Source: Scyliorhinus canicula (taxonomy: Eukaryota). Taken from it: DNA of 64,000 nucleotides. Below are positions 1 to 12,841 of the stretch, in pieces. The stretch covers positions 46,069,404-46,133,403 of the forward strand of contig NC_052155.1 of assembly GCF_902713615.1 (NCBI RefSeq), written 5' to 3'. Position 1 is the first letter of the stretch; each line of letters begins with the position of its first letter. A program made the position numbers and the translations under genes. The notes below the pieces were generated by a model. That model was not told the origin of the DNA. It did no database searches and worked only from the letters and a program-made list of their open reading frames with translations.

Positions 1-490
1 TGTTGATGCTTGCTTCCATCACTTTACTGGTGATGGAGAGTAGACTGATAGGGTGGCAATTGTCTGCGTTGGATTTGTCCTGTTTTTGGTGTACAGGATA
101 TAGCTGGGTAATTTTCCACATTGCCCGGATGTTGCAGCTGTACTGGAAGAGCTTGGCCAGAGGCGTGGTATGTTCTGGAGCACAAGTCTTCAGTACTATT
201 GCCAGAATATTGTTAGTGCCCATAGCCTTTGCAGTGTCCAGTGCCTTCAGCCTTCTCTTCATATTACGTGTAGTGAATCGAATTGGCTGAAGACTAACAT
301 CTGTGATGCCGACGACCTTTGAAGGAGACTGACCTGGATCATCCACTCGACACTTCTGGCTGAAGTTTATTGCGACTCCTTCAGCCTTGCCTTTTGCACA
401 AATGTGCTTTGCTCCTCCATCATTGAGGATGAGAATATTCGTAGAACCTCCTCCTCCAGTGAGGTGTTTAATTGTCCACAATTCACGACT
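1..490 (-). mobile_element. CR1/L2-superfamily LINE RT fragment
   Basis: Reverse-complement homolog of the 8090-8560 segment of the LINE at 7548-9850 (CAGCCAATTCGATTCAC, GGAAAATTACCCAG). Confidence 0.7.
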
Positions 491-815
491 AGGCAGTACA
501 TTGGCACGGTGGTTAGCGCTGCTGCTTCGCAGTGCCAGGCATCCATGATTGATTCTGACCTTGGGTAACTGACTGTGTGGAGCCTGCACATTCTCCCTGT
601 GTTTACATGGGTTTCTTCCGGGAGCTCTGGTTTCTTCCCGCAATCCAAAGATGTGCAGATAGGTAGATTGGCCATGCTAAATTGCTCCTTCGTGCCCAAA
701 AAGATAGGCGGGGGCAGGATGGGAATGTGGGCATGGGGTAGGGTGCTCTTTAGGAGGGTCGGTGCAGTTCCAATGGGCCAAGTGGCCTCGTTCTACACTG
801 TAAGGATTCTATGAT
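491..815 (+). mobile_element. V-SINE (HE1 type) with CR1/HER1-derived tail
   Basis: tRNA-like head GGCACGGTGGTTAGC, V-domain TGTGGAG..TGCACATTCTCCC..GGGTTT, tail CTGTAAGGATTCTATGA. Confidence 0.85.
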
Positions 816-1530
816 TAATGTCACCCATAAATACAGATATTCCTTTACCACATGCATCTCTGATTTTCTGTGTATTGCTATTCGCAACATTACCACCATC
901 GTTTGATGGTCTGTATACCACCTCTACGAATGTTTTCTGCCCTGTGGCGTGTTTCTTACCTCAACCCATACAGATTTCACACTGTCTGTGCTAATATCTT
1001 TCCTCAATATTTCATCAATATCTTTTCTAATCAACAATGCAACTCCACCATCTTTTCCTTTCTGTCCTTCCGAAAAACTGAACAGCCTCAATGTTTAATT
1101 CCCATACTTCATCACCTTGGAGCCATGTCTCCATAATGCCAACGCTATCATGAAATTAATGAAAAATGAAATGAAAATTGCTTATTGTCACGAGTAGGCT
1201 TCAATGAAGTTACTGTGAAAAGCCCCTAGTCGCCACATTCCGGCGCCTGTCCGGGGAGGCTGGTACGGGAATCGAACAGTGCTGCTGGCCTGCTTGGTCT
1301 GCTTTAAAAGCCAATGATTTAGCCCATTGAGCTAAACCAGCCCCTATACATCTATCTGCGCAACTAATTAATCTATTTTATTTTGAATGTTCTGAGTGTT
1401 CAGGTACACTCCTTGACCGGTCCCTTCGATTTTCCATAGTGTTATTATCTGATACTGGCCCTTGGTTTCTCTGCCTATCACTTTTCTTATTCTCCTTGTT
1501 GTCTTTTCCTCTTGTTCAGAATCCTTACTG
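816..1530 (-). mobile_element. CR1 endonuclease-region fragment interrupted by a SINE
   Basis: Minus strand reads YLNTQNIQNKID*LVAQID...DSVGIMETWLQG, an APE endonuclease N-terminus. Confidence 0.65.
1152..1345 (-). mobile_element. tRNA-derived SINE family 2 (GGGGCTGGTTTAGC head, TTTCA tail)
   Basis: A/B boxes, CAGGCGCCGGAATGTGGCGACTAGGGGCTTTTCACAGTAACTTCATT body and TTTCA-repeat tail. Homologs at 20222, 41774, 43523 and 56670. Confidence 0.85.
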
Positions 1531-2292
1531 ATTCATCAGATGTGGTAGTCAGCAGGAGGCTTTTTTGCCCATGTTTGACTGACGCCATGAAACTTCATGG
1601 GGTTCAGAGTCGATGTTGAGGACACCCAGGGCAACTCGCTCCCGAATACCACTGTGCCGCCACCTCTGCTGGGTTTGACCTGCCAGTGGGACAGGACATA
1701 CCCAGGGTTGAGGATAGTGGTGTCTGTAAGGTACGATTCCACTGTCAGGCTGTTGCTTGACTCGCCCATGAGTCAATTCTCTGTGGCACAATCCCCCAGA
1801 AGTTAGAGGACTAGGGTCGACAGAGCTGGGTTTGCCGCTGTCAAATCCTTAGGTCAATGGCAGGTGGTCCATCCATCTCTTTCCTTTTCGTAGCAGTTTG
1901 ATACAACTGAGTGGCTTGCTAGACCATTTCAGAGGACATTTAAGAGTCAACCATATTGCTGTGGATCTGGAATCACATGTAGGCCAGGCCAGGTAAGGAT
2001 GGCAGATTTCCTTACCAATTTTACAACAATTGGTAAGTGTCATGATCACAGTGGTCAATGGTTTTATGGTCATCATTAGACTTTCAATTACAGATATTTA
2101 TTGGATTCAAATTCTACCACCTACCATGGTGAGATTTGAACCCGAGTCCCCAGAGTATTTCCCGGGTCTCTGGATCACCAGTCCAGTGACAATACCGTTA
2201 CACCACTACCCCCACTGCAATATGGAACAAAGGCAGGTATGTGGAGCTAAGTCACAGATCAGCCATGATCTCATTGAAGAACAGACGTGAGG

Positions 2293-2605
2293 TGTGGCGG
2301 CACAGTAGCACAGTGGTTATCACTGTTGCTTCACCGCACCATGTCCCCAGGTTCGGTACCCAGCTTGGTCACTCTCTATGCTGATTCTGCACGTTCTCCC
2401 TGTGTCTGCGTGGGTTTCCTCTGGGTGTTCTGGTTTCCTCCCAAAAGTCCCAGAAGACGTGTTTGTTAGGTGAATTGGACATTCTGAATCCTCCCTCCGT
2501 GTACCTGAACAGGTGCCGGAGTGTGATGGCCAGGGGATATTCACAGTAACTTCATTGCAGTGTTAATGTAACCCTTCTTGTGACACTAATAATAAAGATT
2601 ATTAT
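2293..2605 (+). mobile_element. V-SINE head with SINE-family-2 tail (ATT repeat end)
   Basis: V-domain followed by GAACAGGTGCCGGAGTGTG...TTCACAGTAACTTCATT...AATAAAGATTATTATT. Confidence 0.8.
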
Positions 2606-3139
2606 TGAAATGGCCTACTCCTGTACATGAGTCCTGACTGATAAAAAATTTTGTCACTTCTATTTGCAGGCCTTTGATAAGTATTGACAGCACTTCCCAA
2701 GCCTACAATCTCCACACAGGATACAACTAGCATGCATATGGGGACATTATCTCCAATTTCTCCTCCAAGCCACACGCCATCCAGAGTTGTACAGTGAATT
2801 CGCCATCTAAACAGCACTGGTGGTACGCACATTTTGCCACGTGGACCACAGCGGCTCAAGATGTGACTCACTTCTGAAACTGCTCTTACTGAGTGTAACT
2901 TTTGTGTAATAGATGCTAGCCTTGCTAGTGACACTCATGTCCCATGTAGCAATGCATTGTAAGCCATCCCCTTGATGCCCTTGTTGAAGAGAATACATGT
3001 ATCCATCTCTCACTGACCCAGCTGTGAAAAAAGTAAAAGCTAAATACTACAGAGGTTGGGAATCTGACATTTTAAAAAGTGCTGGAAGAGCTCGGCAGAT
3101 CTGGCAGCCATCTGTGGAGAGAGAGAAAGATTTAGGTTT

Positions 3140-3728
3140 TGAGTTCAATATGCCGCTCGCTGAGTAATCTGTAACACACACACTCTGGCTCGCCAACAAA
3201 ACTACTATCCAAAAAATTCGAGAGTTGCTCAACGCGGAAACGAAACATTGGTGCTCCTCCCATAGGAGTGGTTTCGAGTCACTTCCCCGCGATGGCAGCA
3301 GTAAGGAAATAACAAAAGTTTTTTCTTTGAATTAAATAAACATCACGGCTTCCTGCACCAACTAATTGATTTCTGAAGAGTTCCAGAGAGAGGTATATTT
3401 TGACCCGTTTATACTTTTCGCGCGTTGACCGCCAATTAAAAGCGAATGTCGGTCGGTGCCACTTGTTGTTTGGTTGTGGTTGGGGACGGCCTTCCTTTCA
3501 CTTCGAGCAAGATAAGAGCTTTCAGTTTTTCGGTAAAACTGAGGGAGATGAGGCAAGTGTAATAACAGATTTTTAAGCTTATTAAAACTCCGCACGGATA
3601 GATTTGAAATCGAGATAGGGGGGGGGGGGGGGTCATGTAACTGGAGAGAATGAGGAAAACTTTTAAAGAGAGAAGTAGTTTCTGATAGATTGAGTCACTT
3701 TTGCCCATTTCTGTAAAGAACTCCAAAG
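3140..3728 (+). promoter_or_regulatory. MYD88 promoter / 5' leader with ISRE/IRF, CCAAT and AP-1 motifs
   Basis: TE-free, CpG-containing segment before the ATG. GGAAACGAAAC 3236-3246 (ISRE), CTTCCTTTCACTTC 3491-3504, GCTTTCAGTTTTTC 3518-3531, ATTGG 3247-3251, CCAAT 3432-3436, TGAGTCA 3691-3697. TSS cannot be determined. Confidence 0.65.
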
Positions 3729-4065
3729 ATGGCAAGCTGTGAGAAGAAAATCGGGGAGCCCGCCGACTCGCCGGGGACCATTGACTTCTTTTCCATTCCC
3801 CTGATTGCTGTGAACTTCGCGGTGAGGAAGCGGCTGGCTCTGTTTCTCAATCCCAAGAGCATGGTGGCGGCCAACTGGCCGGAGCTAGCCGAGGAGATGG
3901 GCTTTGACTACCTGGAGATTAAGAATTACGAGCGATTCGACAACCCCACCGGAAAACTGCTGGAAGATTGGCAAGTGAAGGAAGGTTCTTCCGTGGGCAG
4001 GTTACTTGAGCTACTCCAGAAGATAGAACGTGATGATATCCTTGAAGACCTCACACCACTTATTG
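3729..4065 (+). CDS. MYD88: MyD88 coding exon 1 (death domain)
   Basis: Translation ...IPLIAVNFAVRKRLALFLNP...WPELAEEMGFDYLEIKN...PTGKLLEDWQ...SVGRLLELLQKIERDDILEDL matches the MyD88 death domain. ATG context AAAGATGG; donor ATTG|GTAAG at 4065/4066, phase 1 as in human. Confidence 0.97.
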
Positions 4066-4100
4066 GTAAGCCTTATTGTTTTTGGATTTCCCCCCAGTAC

Positions 4101-6117
4101 GAAGAACAAAGAACAGTACAGCACAGGAACAGGCCCTTTGGCCCTCCAAGTTTGTGTCCATGGTGATAACATAACTTTTAAAAACCTTCCCTTACTCGTT
4201 ATCCCTCTATTTCCTGCTTATTCGTGTACCCATCCAGATGCCTCTAAATGTTGCTAATCTGCATCCACCACATCCTCTGGCAGCACGTTCCAAGCACCCA
4301 CCACTCTGCCTGAAAAACTTACCCCACATATCTCCCTTAAACTTTCCCCCTCTCACCTTGAACCTGTGCCCCCTTGTAATTGACATTTCCACCCTCGGAA
4401 AAAGCCTCTGACTATCCACCCTGTCTATGCCTCTCATGATTTTGTACACTTCCATCAGGTCTCCCCTCAGCCTCAGTCTTACCAGTGAAAACAATCCTAG
4501 TTTATTCAACCTCTCTTCATAGTCAACACCCTCAAGATCAGGCAACATCCTGCTGAGCCATTGTTGCATTCTCTCCAAAGCTTCCATGGGTCCTTCTGAT
4601 AATGTGGTGACCAGAACTATACGCAATACTCCAAATGCGGCCGAACCAAGGTTTTATGTAGCTGCAACATTCCCAACTCCTGTGCTCAATGGTCTGGCTG
4701 ATGAAGGCAAGCATTCCATATGCTTTCTTAATCACCTTGGCCACCTGTGTTGCCACTTTTAGAGAACTGTGGACCTGCACACCCACATCCCTATGTATGT
4801 TAATGTTCCTAAGGTTCTGTCATTTATAGTATAATTCAGACGTAGATTTGATCCTCCAAAATGCATCACCTCGCATTTGTCAGGATTAAACTCAGTCTGC
4901 CATTTCATGTGCCCAAGTCTCCAATCTATCTATATCCTGTTGTACCCTCTGACAGTCCTCGGCACTGTTAGCAACTCTGACAATTTTTGTGTCATCCTCA
5001 AACTTACTAATCAGAACACCCATGTTTTCCTCCAGAATATTTATTATATACTACAAACAGAGGTCCCAGCACTGATCCCTGCGGAACACCACTAGCTACA
5101 CATCTCCATTCTGCAAAACACCCTTCCACTGCTACTCTCTGCCTTCTATAACCAAGCCAGTTCTGTATCCATCTAGCCAACCCACCCCAAATCCCATGTG
5201 ATTTTAGTTTTTGTACCAGTCTGTGGGACCTTGTCAAACACCTCACTAAAGTCCATATAAACTACATCCACAGCCCTTCCCTCATCAATTTTCTTTGTCA
5301 CCTCTTCAAAAAACTTCAAAAAGTTGGTGAGACATGAGCTTCCCAGTACAAAACCACACTGCCTGTCACTCAACTAGTCCATTTTCCTCCAAATGTGCAT
5401 ATATCCTGCCCCTCAGTATCTTTTCCAAAAGGTCCACACCACTGATGTCAGACTCACTGGCTATAATTTGCTGGATTATCGCTGCTTCCTTTCTTAAACA
5501 AGGGAACAACATTGGCTGTTCTCCAGTCCTCTGGAACCTTGCCTGTGGTCAAAGAGGATCTGAAGATATCTGTTAAGGCCCTAGCTATTTGTCCCCTTGT
5601 CTCCCGCAGTAACCTGGGATAGATACCATCCGGCCCTGGGGTCTTGTCTACTTTGATGCAATTTAGGATACTCAACATTTCTTTCTTTGATATACTGATG
5701 TTCTCAAGAGCGATCACATACTTATCCCTGCTCTCAACATCCGTCATGTCCTGCTTGGTGAATACCGAGTACTCATTAAGTACTCATGACGGATTTCACA
5801 AACTTCCTGTGGTTCCATGGAAAACGGCCCTCCATTGTCCTTGTATGGCCGACTCTTTCTCTTCCCACCCTCTTGCTCCTAATATATGCATAAAAAGCCT
5901 TGGGATTCTCCTTGACCATATTTGCTAAATACATTTGATGGCCCCTTTTAGCCCTAATTCCACATTTAAGCCATTCCCACCTTTCTACTTTCACTGCACT
6001 CTCAAGGGCTTTGTCAGTTTTTAGATGCCTAGATATGCTTCCTTTTTTCCTTTTGACTAAGCTTACAATTTCCCTCGTCATCCATGTTTCCTGAATCCTG
6101 CCATTTCTACCCTTCAT
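4101..6117 (-). mobile_element. CR1/HER1 LINE, 5'-truncated and decayed
   Basis: ORF pieces KVDKTPGPDGIYPRLL, VPEDWRTANVVPLFKKG, VDVVYMDFSEVFDKVP, SGVPQGSVLGPL, YEERLNKLGLFSL..RLRGDL; 3' end about 35 bp from the MYD88 exon 1 donor. Confidence 0.92.
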
Positions 6118-6257
6118 TTTTGCGGTTAGGCTTATTCATTCTAACAGCATCTTATGTGTTCATAGATTTTGTTGCCCCCTGGGGAGCATATTTTACCTCT
6201 TCTCCTCTCTCCCGCTTTCCACAAGAATCTGTGGCCACCTCCCAATGGACCAGACCA

Positions 6258-6583
6258 GGGGCAGCACTGTAGCACAGTGGTTAGGACAGTTGCTTCACAG
6301 CTTCAGGGTTCCAGGTTCGATTCCCGGCTTGGGTCACTGTCTGTGCGTAATCTGCATTTTCTCCCCATGTCTGCATGGGTTTCCTTCAGGTGCTCCTGTT
6401 TCCTCCCACAGTCTAAAGATGTGTAGGTTAGGTGAATTGGCCATCCTAAATTATCCTTAGGTTAGGTGGGGTTACTGGTTTACGGGGATAGGGTGGAGGT
6501 GTGGCTTAAATGGGGTGCTCTTTCCAGGTGCCGATGCAGACTTGATGGGCCGAATGGCCTCCTTCTACACTGTAGATTCTATA
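6258..6583 (+). mobile_element. V-SINE with CR1-type tail
   Basis: GGGCAGCACTGTAGCACAGTGGTTAG head, B box GGTTCGATTCC, tail GGGCCGAATGGCCTCCTTCTACACTGTAGATTCTAT. Confidence 0.9.
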
Positions 6584-6804
6584 AATTGAAAGTTTAACCA
6601 ATTCTGCCTGTGGCATTCTGATAGCTATACTGTGGGCCACATGGAATTATTGAAGGTCATAGTGAATGGATTCTACCAGTCCCAAATTAACTAACAGCAA
6701 GGTTACATTTGTCTTGTGTTGCACTCCCATCATGCTAAATGGGATAGATTTCAAACAGGTCTAGCAACTTGATGTGCCTTATAAACCACAGTGTGTGTTT
6801 AACC

Positions 6805-7543
6805 CGCATACGGTGGACAAATGATCACACAAATTTTTCAGTACAATAATTGCTTATTAATACACACAAAGATAAATACTTAATCAATCACATGCTCACG
6901 CACATTGGACTATAAACTAATAGACTCAAAATGACCTCAACTTAACTTCCAGGTGACTGGCAAGTACAGAGCAGATATGGCTTATCTGGGATCTGGTAGT
7001 CTGGCAGTGCTGGAGTTCTTGTAGCTGGTCGTCTGTGTCCTCTGTTCTGGTCCCTCTGTGGATGGCATGGATGGCCCTCTTCTTGGCTGGTGATGGCTTC
7101 ACTGTTACTGTTGACTGTCGAAGCTGTAGTCTGGAAGGCTGCAGTCGAGAGAGCTTCTAAGGCGGTGCAGCAACTTTTTAACCTGCTTGGATTTTAATAC
7201 CCTTTTGTGGGCGGTCTCTAAGTCATTGTCAATCGATTGATCAGGGCTCTATAACCCTGATCGATCAAGTCCAATCAGGGGCTGCCACATCGATTTTGGG
7301 GTGGGCACTGAGTGGCCATGCCTGCAAGTGTTGGGCAGGGGCTTGGGTACCACTGTGTCTGGAAACAATATGATTGACAGGATAGTTCTGTTGTTCCTGG
7401 GATTTCTGGAGATGGTCTTTTTCCCAGGCTGTTAAAAATGTCTGCGCTGCAGCTTTGTGTATCTGCAAGCTGCAGCCTGCCTGTTCCTGACTTTGACCAT
7501 TTTCCCCAGCATTTTTTGCGAGAGGCCATTTTAGATGGCCACA
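6805..7543 (-). mobile_element. Probable solo LTR
   Basis: Minus strand begins TGTGGCCATCTAAAATGGCC; flanked by AACC at 6801-6804 and 7544-7547 (4-bp TSD, left terminus CG instead of TG); internal hairpin GATTGATCAGGG..CCCTGATCGATC at about 7236-7266. Confidence 0.5.
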
Positions 7544-7547
7544 AACC

Positions 7548-9195
7548 CGAGACTGGACATCCATGAGGCTCTGTGGGCCATCAGCAGCAGAATTATACTC
7601 AACCACAATCTGTAACTTCATGGCCCGAAATATCCCCCATCCTACCTTACCTTCAAGCCTGCATATATAAAAATAAGGTGTCAACGTTGTGAAGCTTTAA
7701 CACACGACTACCTATCTGTGTGCCAAACAGCATAAGCAGGAAGTAACAGACAGAACCAAGCGATTCCACGACCAATGGATCATATCTAAGTTCTGCAGTC
7801 ACAAAGAATCATTACAGTGCAGAAGGAGACGATTCAGCCCATCAAGTCTGCACCGACCCTCTGAAAGAGCACGGTACCTAGGCCCATGCCCCCACCCTAT
7901 CCCAGTAACCCCACCTAAACATTTGGACACTAAGGGGCAATTTAACATGGCCAATCCACTTAACCTGCACATCCTTCGACTGTGAGAAGAAACCCACACA
8001 GACATGGGGAGAATGTGGAAACTCCACACAGTGACCCAAAGCTGGGATTGATCCCGGATCCCTGGCAATGTTAGGCAGCAGTGCTATTTTGGGTCATGAA
8101 TGGTGGTGGTTAAATATCTCACTGGAAGAGGAGGCTCCACAAATGTCCCCCATCCTCAATGATGGAGGGGCCCAGCATATCTGTGCAAAAGATGAAGCTG
8201 AAGTATTTGCAATCTTCAGCCAGAAATGCCGAGTGGGCGATTGATCTCTGCCTTCTCCGAAGGCCCCCAACATCACTGATGACAGTCTTCAGCCAATTTG
8301 ATTCACCCCATGTGATTTCAAGAAACGGCTGAAGGTACTGGATACTGCAAAGGCTATGGACCCTGACAATATTCTGCCAACAGTACTGAAGACTTGTGCC
8401 CCGGAGCTTGCCGCATTCCCAGCCAAGCTTCCACGCTGGCAGCTACCTGGCGACGTGGAAAATTGCCCAGGTGTGTCCTGTGCACAAGAAATAGGACAGA
8501 TCCTACCCAGCTAAATTACAGCTCCATCAATCTACCCTCTATCACCAGTAAAGTGTTGAAAACATAGAAATTAGGAGCAGGAATGGGACCGTTCTGCACT
8601 TCAAGCCTGCTCTGCCATTCAACGTCATCATGATCCTCAATTTCAATGCATTATTTCGGCTTTCTCCCCATACCCCTTGATGCCATTAAAATCTAAAATG
8701 GATCTATTTCTTTCTTAAATACATTTAGCCTTCTACGGTAGAGAATTCCACCGTTCACTGTCTGAGTGAAGAAATGTTCCTTGTCTCAGTCCTCATTGTC
8801 TCCCTGTACCTTAGACTGTGTCCCCTGGTTCTGGAGTCCCCAACCAGGGAACATATCCTTCCTGCATCTCGTCTGTCCAGCCAGTTAGAATTGTATCTGG
8901 TTCAATCCGATCTCCTCTCATCCTTCTAAACTCTAGTGAATACAGATCCATTGGATCATTAACAGCACTATCAAGTGGTACTTGCTTAGCAATAACCGGT
9001 TTACCGATGCTCAGTTTGGGTTCTGCCAGAGTCACTCAGCTCCTACCTTGGTTCCAACACTGGTTCAAATACGGACAAAAAAGCTGAACTCCAGAGGTGA
9101 GGTGACAGTGACTGCCCTTAACTTCAAGGCAGGATTTGACCTGGTGTGGCATCAAGGAGCCCTAGTAAAAACTGGAGTTGATGGCAATCGGGGGT

Positions 9196-9236
<41 letters not shown>

Positions 9237-9850
9237 CCTCCACTGATTAGAGTAATACCTGGCACAAAAGCAGATTGGTTGAGGTGGTTGGAGGTCAATC
9301 ATCTCTGTTCCAGGAGTTCCTCAGGATAGTGTCCTAAGCCCGACTATCTTCAGCTGCTTCATTCATGACCTTCTTTCCATTACAAGGTCAGAAGTGGGGA
9401 TGTTCGCTGATGTTCAGCACCATCCTTGACTCCTCAGACACTGAAGCAGTCCATTTCCAAATGCAGCAAGACTTGGAGAGTATCCAGGCTTGCGCTGACA
9501 AGTGGTAAATAACATTCACACCACACCATACAAGTGGCAGGCAATGACCTTCTCCAATAAGAGATGATCTAACCATAGCCTATTGACATTCAATGGCATG
9601 AATCCCCCACTATCAATATCCTGAGGGTTACCATTGACCAGAAACTGAATTGGACTAGCCATATAAATACTGTGGCTCCAAGAACAGGTCAGAGGCTAGG
9701 AATCCTGTGGCGAGTATCTCAACTCCTGATTCCCCCAAAGCCTGTCTACCATCTGCAAGGCACAAGACAGAAGTGTGATCCACTTGCCAGGATAAGTGCA
9801 TCTCCAGCAACACTAAAGAAGCTAGACGCAATCTAGGACAAAACAACCAT
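7548..9850 (+). mobile_element. CR1/L2-superfamily LINE RT remnant, interrupted by a V-SINE (7800-8087, minus) and a CR1 tail (about 8560-8945, minus)
   Basis: Motifs KAMDPDNI, WKIAQVCPVHKK, QFGFCQSHSAP, ALNFKAGFDLVWHQG, GVPQDSVLSP, MFAD. Confidence 0.8.
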
Positions 9851-10805
9851 GGGCAGCACGGTGGCACAGTGGTTAACACACTTGCTCACAGCTCAAGGGT
9901 TCCAGGTTCGATTCCCAGCTTGGGTCACCGTCGGTGTGGAGTCTGCACATTCTCCCTGTGTCTATGTGGGTTTCCTCCGGGTGCTGCAATTTCCTCCCAC
10001 AAGTCCCGAAAGATGTGGGGCGGAATTCTCCGCTCCCTACGTGGCGTGGGAGAATCGTGGGAGGGCCTCCCGACATTTTTTACGCCCCCCCTGGCGCCCC
10101 CAGCGATTCCCCCCCCGGCTCGGAAAAATCGCCGCTCGCCGCTTTTCACGGCGAGTGCCGATTCTCCGAGCCCGATGGGCTGAGCGGCCGGCCCTTCACG
10201 CCTGTTTCACCACGGCAGCAACCACACCTGGTCGCTGCATTCGGGAAACGGGCACCAGATGCCCGTTTGGGGAATCTACGGGCCCGATTGGGACGGAAGC
10301 ACCATGACTGTGTTCGGGAGGGGACAGGCCCGTGATCGGTGCCCACCGATCGTCGGGCCAGCGTCCAAAACAGACGCACTCTTTCCCCTCTGCCGCCCGG
10401 CAAGATCAAGCCGCCACATTTTGCCAGGCGGCTGAGGAGAAAGACAGCCACCGCGCATGCGCGGGTTTGTGCCGTCTGCGCGATGAAGTCATCCACGCAT
10501 GTGCGGGTTCGAACCGGCAACCCGTGCATGCGCGGATGACTTCACATTCTCAGCGTGACGAGGTCGCTGCCGAGAAAGACAGAGGCCAGCTCCTAGCCCC
10601 CCGGGTGCGGGGAGCGGGCTCCGAGGCCGTCGTGAACCTCGGCCGAGTTCGGCCCCCTGCGGAGAATTCCGCCCGTGTTGTCAGGTAATTTGGACATTCT
10701 GAATTCTCCCTCGAACAGGCGCCGGAATGTGGCGACTAGGGGCTTTTCACAGTAACTTAATTGCAGCATTAATGTAAGCCTACTTGTGCAATAAAGATTA
10801 TTTAT
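9851..10805 (+). mobile_element. V-SINE (family-2 tail) split by a Harbinger MITE
   Basis: Head 9851-10017 and tail 10678-10805 rejoin as AAGATGTG|TTGTCAGGTAATTTGGAC after removing the MITE and one TSD copy. Confidence 0.85.
10018..10674. mobile_element. PIF/Harbinger MITE
   Basis: TIRs GGGCGGAATTCTCCGC / GCGGAGAATTCCGCCC; 3-bp TSD GTG; GC/CpG-rich interior. Confidence 0.92.
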
Positions 10806-10935
10806 TTTAAAAATTTAATTGTTGACACCCCTTTCACAAGCATTCACCCTCTGTGTACCCGAACAAGCGCCAGAGTGTGGCAACTAGGAGCTTTTTACAG
10901 TAACTTAATGGCAGTGTAAATGTAAGCTTACTTAT

Positions 10936-11262
10936 CATAGGATCATAGAATTTACAGTGCAGAAGGAGGCCATTCGGCCGATCGTGTCTGCACTGGCCCT
11001 TGAAAAGAGCACCTTACTTAAGCCTATGCGTCCACCCTATCCCCGTAACCCAGTAACCCTACCTTCCTTTTTGGACACTTAAGGGCCTTTATCATGGCCA
11101 ATCCACCTAACCTGCACAACTTTGGACTGTGGGAGGAAACCGGAGCACCCGGAGGAAACCCACACAAACACAGGGAGAAAGTGCAGACTCCGCATAGACA
11201 GTGACCCAAGCCTGGAATCGAACCTGGGACTCCGGAACTGTGAAGCAACTGTGCTACCGTGC
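10936..11262 (-). mobile_element. V-SINE with CR1-type tail
   Basis: Reverse-complement head CACGGTAGCACAGTTGCTTCACAG, V-domain and CTGCACTGTAAATTCTATGATCCTATGA tail. Confidence 0.9.
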
Positions 11263-12841
11263 TGACACTAATAAAGATGATTTATTATTGTTTATTACCT
11301 AATTTTACTGATGATTGAGAGTGGACCGATGGGACGGTAAATTGAAGGATACAACTAAAACATATACAATTTTTCAAATTTGTAACATTCTCATTTCTCA
11401 TGACCTCTCCAATGTTCAAACCACAAGAGAATGGAAACTTAAAATTTGTTCCTCAAACTAAAGCAACAGTTGAATAGCATGAAAATCGTATTCATCTGCA
11501 CTGATAAGAAAAATGACTGATATGACTTAGATATTGTGTTAAAACAGTGTCTGTAACAACTGCAATGAAATGCAACTCAATGGTCTTGAAAACAGCCTCC
11601 AGGACAAAGATCACAAACCTGGAAAGAGAGAAGCATCAAATCATGTTCTGGAATTACAAACATTTCACGGACCAGACCTCCACAGGTTATAGGCTAAAAG
11701 TTCAATGTTTACAAATGCTCACAAGCAGTTGGCTCATAATTAACCTACTGAAGAAAGATTAACAACTATAAAATTAGATTTCCACATCCCCTTGAAAAGT
11801 CAGTTAATAAATGAATCAATCAGAAAAGAACCGAGCCATGCAAATCACGTGGTCCTAGGTTTGGTAACAGCATCCAACTTAACCTCATCAAGATCTCTCT
11901 CAACCCCTCCACTGTCTCTAGCTCTTTTAAATTGGTACTAAATGAGCAGAAATTTCATACAACTAAATATTAGGAGGACTGGACAAATTGCCTTTGAGCC
12001 GCACCACAAATATCCTTCCCCAGCCACAAAGTCCATCGCTCTCTCTGGCAACCGTTTAAGGCAAAGCAGCTAATGTGCAGCTGGAGGCTAATTTAAAGAC
12101 AGAACCTCAAATGTAACAATCTCCCAATAATTACCTGAGCCATGAGCAAATTAGCTCAGGGTAAATATCTGAAATGGCCGAACCCTTAGTTTTGAACAGT
12201 GACTCCTAGTTCTTGATTCTCCCACAAGAGGAAACATTCTTTCCACATCCAGCCTTTCAAGCCTCGTCAGGATCTTACATGTTTCAATCAAGTCAACTCT
12301 TACTCTTGTCAGATGGATAAGACCTCACTCTACTTTTATAAAATATATATATCATGGCTAATTTGTAACATTTTAAAAAACTGGACAAAGACCATCACCT
12401 TCGAGGTTAATTCGCCTCTGGGTGCTGGTATCATCATGGAAGTCAGCTCTACTGGAAAAGTGAATCATCCAGCATCAGTTTCAGCCTGCTGACCTTTCTG
12501 AAGGAATACACATTGAACTTTGATTCTGGACTTGTGACTCTGGACTCGTTAAACCGTAATTCTTATTTTCTCTGTGGTATTTTCCATGTGCCTCTTTCTT
12601 TTCATCCCGCCTTTACTGTATGAGTGTGTAAAGAAAGTGTGGGGGGGAAATGTTGCGCACTCTCATCCTGTATTTCGGATGTGTGTGTAAAATAAACCAA
12701 CCCTCTAGGTTTATCCTATCTCGAGTTTGCTGTGAGGTTATTGTTTGTGGGAGTTTCACACCTATTCAACTATTGTTTTCTTCACTCCCCAACTGACCAG
12801 ACGGCACTTAACAGTTTCAGTTGAAGAACTTTATTTCAGCT

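Noticed and set aside
1-3140. ACAA1 exons expected from mammalian synteny
   Set aside because: No thiolase-like translation was found; the region is LINE/SINE debris.
3729-4166. 145-aa ORF as a complete single-exon protein
   Set aside because: It is MYD88 exon 1 read through a canonical GTAAG donor.
9849-10688. Overlapping GC-rich ORFs in MITEs (also 27151-28399, 47562-48289, 61764-62297)
   Set aside because: Stop-poor by composition, with no domain motifs and inside non-autonomous TIR elements.
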